Part shown: positions 54,293 through 64,000 of the stretch, piece by piece
Numbering within the stretch: the first letter of the stretch is position 1
Layout of the letters: each line of letters starts with the position of its first letter
From: the human T2T-CHM13v2.0 reference genome, Homo sapiens
DNA: 64,000 nt
Assembly: GCF_009914755.1 (NCBI RefSeq)
Contig: NC_060927.1
Direction: 5' to 3' (one strand)
Notes under the pieces: model-generated
Databases searched by the model: none
What the model saw: the letters and a program-made list of their open reading frames with translations, nothing else
What the model was told of the DNA's origin: nothing
Program-made: the position numbers and the translations under genes

Positions 54293-56638
54293 AAGAAAAT
54301 TCTTACCGTTTCAAATATAGCCAAATATCTTAGAGCTTCTAAGAAAGAGGTGAATTTGTAAAAACAAAAAGTAAAATTAGTCCTGATGTTTTCTCACTCT
54401 TCAGTTATTTATTAGCCGCTCCTACCTATACAAAGGTTCACCTGACAAAGAAGATGTGTTCATTCTAGGGGCTATTTCAGTTTTTTAAATTCAAGTTTTG
54501 CCCATCGATTTCCGTTCTTGACATCTGGCCTAACTCCTTTAAGGTATCAAGTCCACTGTCTTTGAAAGTCAACATACTTTGTCTGGTCCTTTGTCATCCT
54601 CATTGTGATGTGTGCAGTAGGATGTCTATGGCAGATTTCCTTGGCAGAGCTCTATCATGCAAGCATGTCTGGCTTTACCCTGAGAAGCTATGTAAGAATT
54701 CCTGATACAGTGCCACCCTCTGATGTGGTGGCTGCCCAAAAATAACAGTAAGGCTGAGCGACTGAAAGAGGCAGAGGCTGCTTGGCTAAGATAAAAAGTA
54801 CTCCCAACTCCACTGAAAAGAGCCTGGTTGAGGTCAGTAGGTGGCACACTAAAGAAGACTGTCAAGTGAACTGAAAAATAGCCTTTAGTCCTCAATATAT
54901 CAACAAAGATCCTGTGATACTTTTCAATCTGTTTAAGCCTGTCAATTGGGTTCCCTGTCTCTCATCCCAAGAAATGGCTCATTTCCATGAAAAATTTTGT
55001 TAAAATGAATGGAGCAAAAGAAAATATAGTGCTCTGCAGCACCCCTGCTGTGGCACCCCGTCAAAGTGGCTGGGTGCCACAAGGCCAATGCACCACAATG
55101 TGGTGGATAGAGATGATAAAGCCAGAAACAGCAATCCCACCTTACATTCCTATGGCAGGTTACAGTATACAAAGCATTTTAAAATTTGTATTTATAGTAT
55201 ATGTTTAGATGTAATTCACATGCCATAAAATTCACCCTTTTAAGTGTACAATTCAGTGGTTTTTATTAGGCAAGCACTTTATACCCTCAAAGGACCGTTT
55301 TGGATTAAGATCAGAGCTTTGGCTTTTATATGTACCTGTTACATTTGTACCAGTTCCTTTCCTGTCATGTTTATACCAGTTCCTTTCTGTACTTTGATTT
55401 CTCCACAGTTCCCAAACTAGTTTTATGTTAAGAAATATTTAGCCCCAAGGGTATAATATGGTATCCTTTTGATTATTTTCTGAAATGCTAGACAACTGAA
55501 ATGGGGCAAAAATCTTCAAATTCCTGTTAATAGCAAAAACGCTTTAAAACAAACTTCCCAGACAATTGCACATACAGAAAATACCCTTTTGAATTAAGCT
55601 TCAAATCATAATTTATCCAGCCTACCCAGGAAGAACAATGTCCACAGCTTAACCAACCTGGGTTTTACTTGCACAGTAAATTATTTAGATTTTTATCTTA
55701 AATAATTTCATAGCTCCCTGGCCTTATTGTAATCAAGTGAAATTTTTATTATTATTTACTATAGAAAGAAAATAATATTTAAGAAAATTTCCCTATTTGA
55801 GGGAACAAAGCCTTAGCACCCTACACAGTGCCTACTGATGCTAATGAAAACTTAATAGAAGTTTGTCAAGTTGAGTGTATTTGGTCTGGTTTAAAATTAA
55901 GCAGCTTGGTGGGGAATGTTGAATGCCATTTAATATTATATATAGAATTATTGGCTGTATCGATTTTGTCTTTTGTGGAATTTTTAAGAGGGTTACTACT
56001 TCTTTATCACTATTCCTCCTTATTGAAACACACACACACATCAAGTTCCTTTGCAGTATCTCATTTATGACTGTTTAGTTTTAATTAGAGAGCTTCAGAA
56101 TGCTTTTCCACAAATATATTGCCTCATCTTGCATTCTTTTTTAGTTCTAATATCTCCACAACATTCAACTCAAAAGAAAAGCCTACATTTACATTCCAAA
56201 CCTTATAGGAAAGATTGACTCCAAAATTCCCTTCCTTTAGTCTGAGTGGTCCCTTCCTTGATGAGCCCATACACATTGCCAGGGACCTCTGTGTAATAAC
56301 TAAGCCAAAGATCATGTCTCTATTTTGCTGGTGCTATTTATGAAGATATCTAATCATTTTATGAGGTTATTTGTGGGTTCATTCTTTCATCAGCTCCCTA
56401 CTCTCTTCCAGAAAGACCTTAAGGTGTTTACATAAAAAATAAATGAATAGCCTGAAGCCACATAACAGGCAAGAGCAGAGTCAAGTTTGTATGGTTCAGT
56501 CTCTGACTTTTCTGTCTTGGATCTAGACTGCCTTCCATGAACTTCCAAAGAACCACTTATTACGAGACTTGTTAACCCTAAAGAGTCTTTGCTGCATAGA
56601 GAGCAGAATGCAAAATTCACATTTTTAAAAATGGGTCT

Positions 56639-56718
56639 ATGTATATATATATATATATATATATATAGTACATAGAATATGTATATACTATATATATATA
56701 TATATAGTACATAGAATA
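56639..56718. repeat. (TA)n microsatellite with duplicated tagtacatagaata
   Basis: Two TA runs, each followed by gtacatagaata. Confidence 0.9.
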
Positions 56719-59122
56719 ATGCCTGGCACATGGTGTTATATAAATTCATTGAATAAATAAATAAACACAGTATAACACAAATTGCATTTGTTTCAACAGC
56801 TACATCAAGCTTACCAGGTTAATTTCCCTTCCTGCTGTGTCAGAGAGTTCATTTTGCTTTCCTGGAAGACAAAAAGAAAAAGAAGTAATCAAAAGGAGTA
56901 AAGAAAGCAGAAGTAAACCACCTTGCCACCCATGCTTATCCTGTTGAATGCCAGGGATAGTGTTGTTAGTTTTGGCTTGTTAATTTGCTTTGCCTAGCAC
57001 ACACTTGTTTGTGATAATTCACACTGACCAGCTCTCTCTCTGGTTCATCACTTTTCAGTCCACATAGCCCCATGGCATATCTAAAAGGAAGGGGAGGGAT
57101 CTAGTATATCACTTGGAAGAGACTGGAAGTCCTTGCTCTGGGGACATTCCATACTCAATGCCAGAAATGCTGCTGTCCTGTCACCTATGTAGCCAAGATC
57201 TCCTACTACCTAGTTCACTTTGGATGTGGTAAATCAAAAGATTTATCCCTGACTCCTTTTCTGAAGTTCTGAGAGAGGTTCCAGCAGTCTCAAGAAAGAT
57301 GATGAAAGATACAGAGAGGCCATAGAAAGAGCCATGGAGTTGCAGATGAAGAATTGGGGTAAGAGAGAATTCTTCAGAATCCAGAGAAGGTTCTGAACTC
57401 CAGAAGTTCTCACTCCAAAATACCAGAAGCACTTTTGCCCAGTCAAAGGTTATTCCTGTGTCACACAGAATAAGTGTTGCTCTATCTAGCTCAGTTTCTA
57501 TAGCTACACTGTAGCTGGTGTTGTGAAAACAGGAATGTGAGAGGATGGAGGAGAAGAAAAAGGAAAGAGAAAACTGAAGTAGTTCAGGCCAAAGCTAGAT
57601 CAGAATTCTCTATGCTTTCCTCTCTTACTTAACATATTTGGTCATGACATTGAGAGAGTTCTTGCAAAAGTAGAAAGGAATTATTTTCAAAATATCACAC
57701 CATTCCCATCATAGCCAAACCCACATTTTTCATATGCATTATTGTTGGGTAAGAATTCAGGTCAAGCATATGTTTATAATGGCAATAGAAAATACAGACA
57801 TATTAATTTTCTCTGGGGACATTGGTTCTTCAGTTACATAAGGGTGTGTGTGGGATTGGCATGATGTGGTGTGGCTGTGAAAAGAGGATAATACAAAATA
57901 AAGCAGATATCTTGATCTGAGAGATTGTTTCAACTTCCAATCCTGTTAAGGTTTAGAAGAGCTCTTTCTCACACAAACCTAAGATTGATGCAAAGAGAAT
58001 GATGAAGTCTCAGCAATGTGCTATGCTCGCCACAACTCTAGCTGGAATACTGTGCGTGGTGAGCATGCCTCTCCCGTGACTCAAGGGAGCCCCAACCAAC
58101 CTATTTAGCTTTTTAGCGCAAATATGAGTTGTCTTCTAGGAAATCATTATCCATGGTTTACAGGATTGGGAAAGAAAACAACAGGAAGAAACTAAAAATC
58201 CTTTAGCCCCAGAAATAAGAATGGCCCCAAATGTGTGGTACTGGGGGCAGAGGGAAAATAGAACCCACCTTGGTGCCTTCTCAGGCAGCAGAACAGGCAG
58301 AAACAGGTAGTGATGAGTAGAGGCAATCCCCCCAAAGGAAGTAAACTATACAGGAGCCAGGGTCTGCTTGCCATTTCGTCCTTGGAGGGTCGTTCTGAGG
58401 CACTTTTTACATCTGGAATGTTAGTAAATGCTAAAGAGAGTTAGGAAATCTGAGATATATTGGGATCAGCGGCACCCCTCTGCATTGTCAGAACTTGAGT
58501 GAAGGAGATTTCAGGCCAATGCCTCCATTTCCCCTTCAGAGGCATTCCTCAAGAATCCCAGTGCCCTCAGCCACCTCTTGCTTTCTTGCTGAGCAGACGT
58601 GGCTCTGCGATAATTTATCTTTTGCAGAAATTCTTTATTCTGATAGAGTTAATCTTCCACAGAACAATCTTCATGATAACTGTCAGAAGGTACTTCATTA
58701 AGCCTTTCTATTTACAGTATCTAACTCTCATATTCATCACTTAAGTAGGAAAACCATTGTCTTTATTTTGTCCCAAGAGTTGCTCCAAGTCAGATAGCTA
58801 GTGAGTGGCAATGGGAACTCAAGCCAACATGTTTGTAACAGGAAATTCAAGTTTCTTCAACACAATGTCCTTTCCTTGTCTCGTAACTTATCAGAATCTC
58901 CAAATATCAAATACTTTTGATAGCCTTAAAAGTGCTCTGCATGGCACACAGCTAATGCGCATTACTATTGATCAATGTTAATACGCATTGAGGCCCTGTT
59001 TGTCTGCAGTTGTTCACAGCTCATTAGCAGGTTGTGAAACAATTTAGTAGGTCACAAATAGCATTTTAAAAAATGAAACAGAAGAGGATAGAAATCATCA
59101 GAATGCATCACACACACTAGAG

Positions 59123-59318
59123 CAGTGGTTCTCAAGCAGGGAACATGTGTGGCAATGTCTGGAGACATTTTTGGCTGTAACAAGGTAGGGGGAGGGAGGC
59201 TGGCAACCAGTGAGTAGAAGCCGGGGATTCTGCTAAACACCCTACACTATACAGGATGCAACCCCCACTTAGTGCAACAAAACATTATCCAGACCAAAGT
59301 GTCAATGGAGAAACTCTG
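59123..59318. mobile_element. MER20 DNA transposon
   Basis: cagtggttctcaa...ggcaatgtctggagacatttttggctg...tgctaaaca...gagaaactctg. Confidence 0.85.
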
Positions 59319-59470
59319 TCTTATGGTTAAGTATGACCTTATGAAACTTTTTTATATTTGTGTGCATTATGGGTTGTGATGTAAGATCTGGTTGTTGTTG
59401 TTGTTGTTGTTTTTTTTAATTTTGGGTTACAGTTAACACAGTATGAAAAATACTGGAGTAAGATATTCTA

Positions 59471-59785
<315 letters not shown>

Positions 59786-60140
59786 TTATTTTGTTTGGCT
59801 AGATGCTTAGGTTTGGGGTAAAAATGATTAGAGGCAACTGAAGTTGCACAAAAAGTGGTTTGGTTATTCAGAGTGGTAACAAATGTTGTCTATTGATGTT
59901 GCAGCTGCTGTTTAGGTTAGCGAGCAGCCAAACCACTGCCAGGAGTGCCAGAAACAGCTGCCTGGGGGAGGGTCTTGGATAGCAATGGGGACTAAGGTTT
60001 CTACAACAGATACCCTAATACAAACAGATCTGCTGGATCAAGAAGATCCAACTTCTGTTATTTCTTTAACCACCAAAAAAACCTAATTTCCTTAATTTTA
60101 CTTGATTAGTTTGATCAAATAAAACTAATTCAGAACAAAC

Positions 60141-60212
60141 TGTTTCTCTATTTCAGAACAAACTCAAAACTCCCCCTAACTTATTTTGAGTTTGTTCTGA
60201 AATAGAGAAACA
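60141..60212. repeat. Perfect 29-bp inverted repeat with 14-nt spacer
   Basis: tgtttctctatttcagaacaaactcaaaa (60141-60169) and ttttgagtttgttctgaaatagagaaaca (60184-60212). Confidence 0.97.
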
Positions 60213-60537
60213 AGGTAAATAACTGAAATTGATTGAGAAAATGATGAGGGTGTACTCTCACGTGTCCAAAACCAGAGCTAGCCTTGGGGAGGATTCCAGT
60301 GTTTGCACACTACCAGAGAATCCAACAATCTATCTCAAGATCAGTAAGCACAATTTGTGGAACATCAACCCCACGATCATTGACACAAAGTAAATATCTG
60401 GGCTTATTTTGAAGCTCACTGAAAGACTGTAAATACAACGCAATCTTTGTCTGTCTGCTTTGATCACCTCTTCCCCATTCCTTAAGCATAAGGACACAGT
60501 ATAGTCTGCACAATGATATCTCTGGCACCTGGAATAA

Positions 60538-60972
<435 letters not shown>

Positions 60973-61659
60973 TTGGGGAAGTTCTTAATCTGAAACTGAC
61001 CAAGGGAAGTTTGGGAAGGGTGAAGTGGCAGGCCAATGGATGTTTCAAGGGCTGTTCCCCAGCTCTGTCAACTTTTCCCCTAGGACTTTGGCTTGTTGTG
61101 CAAGGTGCTTTTCTTCATTCTGGGAGAATAGTGCTTTCCCAAGAGCATCCAAGCCCCAACTCTGTCACAGTCCTGTTCTTACATGAACTTTTAACTTGAA
61201 CATAAACAGCAAAAGAAAGTCACTTATAAAAACAAGAAAATGTCCAAAATCACTTCGGAAATATATTTCACAGGAAAAAATAAAATATTTTTTATCAGAC
61301 CTCCAAAATTTCTTTATGAAAAGCATGGTCCTTAAACATATTTCCAAAATATATTTTTCTCCTCACCTTATACTTAGTTCACTGAGCACTTTCAGGTTCA
61401 GAAGGAAAAGGAATTTTTCTTTGACCCTCCCTGTTATTTTTGTTTTCACCACTTCACTAAAGAAAAATGCACACCTAGATTAAATTAGTTTTAAATCCAC
61501 ACAGAGTTTAAATTAAAGTTAATTCCTAAACAATTTACCTTTTGTGAAGGAAGTTAAAAGAAAAAAAAAAAAGAAATATTACACAAATTCCAGCCTTCCA
61601 GGACATTATAATCTTTCATGGGACCTAAAAGACATTTCCACACATTACTACAGTGAAAG

Positions 61660-62120
61660 GAAATGATAAATGAGAGGCACAGACTTAAATGGCATAAAAA
61701 TTGGTAAAAAGGAGTGATCCCTTCCCCTCAGGTGATCATGAAAAGCTTCCTTAAGAACTTGGAAAATTAGCTGAGATTGAAAGGAGGGGTAGAATTTCCA
61801 TAGGTGGAGACAGATGAATGGGTGCTCTACAAGTGGCAAGAGCAGCATACACAGGGCAATGATGGAGATGTGGTTATGGCAAGTAAGGCCGTCAGGCTGC
61901 AATTGAGAGGCTGTATATGGAATCCAGAAACAATCTAGAAAGGTGGTGGGATCAAACTGTGGAAGACTTTGAATGCTGGTTAACAAAGATGAGCCCAATA
62001 TTGTGACCACTGGGGATGCTATGCAAGAGAGTGTTGTTATGAAGGAAGTGTATGAGGTAATTTAAGTGTATTTGGCTGAAATTGACCAAAATGGGGAAAT
62101 ACTAAAGACAAAGAGTCCAA
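61660..62120 (-). mobile_element. L2 fragment
   Basis: aaagcttcctt...gctgagattgaaagga...agcagcatacacagggc...gactttgaatgc. Confidence 0.65.
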
Positions 62121-63111
62121 TCATAGAATTAATTGGAATTATTTAGAAGGAAGATAATGATGGTGCGAGATGCTTATAGAAGCAATTGGAGGAAACACAT
62201 CACAGAGTGGAATGTTGTGGAGAGACAAGAGTAGGAAGCCAAAGAAAATTCTCTGGGATTTTCCATGAGGATCAAGAGCATTAATTAACAAACTGATAAG
62301 GAAGGGAGTGATAGGAAGGATAGGTGAGTAGGAAACTAAGAGAGTAGAAATGTTCAAAAAGAAACTGACAAGGCCCTTCATGTCTCCTATTTAGCTCTTA
62401 GACTTTCTCTTTCACCACTTCATACTTCACATACTTTGTTCCATAAAACCCCCCAAGGCACAGGATTTAGGAGGGAATGTTATTCCCTTTCCCCTAAAGT
62501 TGGGTTCTTTCCTCCACAAAATAGATAGATTGTTGATCCTAATCTCAGCCCCAACTTGATCCCTAGAACAGGCACCTTTATGCACTTTACAAACTACAGA
62601 TTATCTTTAGTCATCATGAATGACCCAAATATGGGATAGAGCAGAAATTGCAATGCTACTTTTGTGTAACAGACTTTTGTATCACAATTAATTATTAACT
62701 TCTGACCTTTCATCTGACCTTGGCTAAATTCATGTCTCGTATAGAAGTAGATTAGTTCCCATAAAGAAAGACTGAATTACACAAGGCTTCTCTTCCAAGG
62801 AAGGTGGACTCAATGCCTCAAAATTTAATTTTATTATACATTATGTTAATATATTATATAAATTAGTTAATAGCACTTATTTATTCAATAGTATATATCA
62901 TTCTAGAATTAATATTTTGCAGATTTTCCTTATTTTTGTAATTTATTTTACCTGTTTAAAAAATAGTATTTGTTAAAAATTCAATATTTTGTCTCATTAA
63001 TGTGAATTAATAATGCAATTCTTTCCAGAAAGTGTTCATTCCATACATCCTTAATATAGCCTTCTCCAGGTTGATGAAGACAATTTTTGTGCTTTGCATA
63101 TACTATGTTCT

Positions 63112-63240
63112 TTAATTCATTTACAAAGAAATATTTAGTGAGCCCCTACCATGTGCCAGGTACCCTGCCATCCATCATACAGAGCAAAGATGTTTAAGAC
63201 ACAGCTTCCATCCTGAAGAGGTTTATAAGCCAGTGCATGG
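63112..63240 (-). mobile_element. L2 3' end
   Basis: attcattt...atatttagtgagcccctaccatgtgccagg. Confidence 0.7.
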
Positions 63241-63721
63241 ATGGTCACAAGTAACTAGCACCGAGCTTCACGCTATATTTGCAAAAGCAGAGTCCCTAAC
63301 TCTGCCATCGATTTCTTCTATATTTCATAATTGAGGGTTGTAGCTACTGCTAAACTGCTATGCATTTTTTCATGGTGCTGCTGTAAGAAATTTTAAACTA
63401 ACCTAAAGCATTTTAAAAGAATTTCAATGGATTCCTTCACTGGGCTACTTTAAGGGAGTTGAAAGACACTCAAAAGTAAGCATATAAAGTAACAAATTAA
63501 TTTTAAAAAGATCAGTTGTAAAATGTATGCATTCAAGTGAATGATGTCCATAAAGGAACTAAACTGTACGAGGTTGCATCCAGAGTTCAGCCATGCTGCT
63601 ATTGCAATAACCCTCTTTTGAAATTTCTCCTTCCCAGTAACTTTAAGGGTCAATTTATGAGCAACAAAAGAAACTCCACATTATTTCTTATAATTAAAGG
63701 GCACTCTTCTTTGATCCAAAT

Positions 63722-64000
63722 ATATTTTTATTGTGGTAAAATACATATAACATAAAAGTTACCAATTTAATCATTTAAAATGTACAATTAAATGGCATGT
63801 AAGATACTCACAATGTTTTGCAAACGTGACTACGATCTAGATTCAGAACATATTTATCACCCCAAAAGGAAGCCCTCTACCTATTTAGTAGTCATGTCAC
63901 ATTCTTTATTTCCTCAGCCCCTGGCAACCACCAAGCTACTTTCTGTCTCTATGGATTTGCCTATTTTGGATATTTCATATAATCAGAATCACATTGTATG
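63722..64000 (-). mobile_element. L1MB 3' end
   Basis: tttattgtggtaaaatacatataacataaa...cccctggcaaccacc...tctgtctctatggatttgcctatt. Confidence 0.9.

Overview
Primate (very probably human) genomic DNA: AT-rich, CpG-depleted and dominated by repeats. No protein-coding exon of a host gene could be supported, and nearly all listed ORFs are chance frames or transposon remnants. The main feature is a minus-strand HERV-H provirus (5460-10415). It has two LTR7 copies about 97% identical, a perfect ATTCA target-site duplication (TSD), an intact tRNA-His primer-binding site (PBS), TATA box and major splice donor, an LTR7up-like doubled ACAAAAGA motif, an uninterrupted ESRG-like leader reading frame and an apparent extra integrase deletion. 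The window also holds two complete MaLR elements (MST and THE1), several solo LTRs, a long ORF1-deleted L1PA15/16-like element, older L1M/L2/MIR/MER fragments and about 15 Alu-family SINEs. The most unusual non-catalogue features are local rearrangement scars: a perfect 29-bp hairpin at 60141-60212, a 61-bp templated copy (33745/34512), a fold-back inversion replacing an L1 3' end, and a 65-bp tandem duplication. I found no evidence for a new multi-gene biological system. Subfamily names come from recalled consensus sequences and need Dfam/RepeatMasker confirmation.
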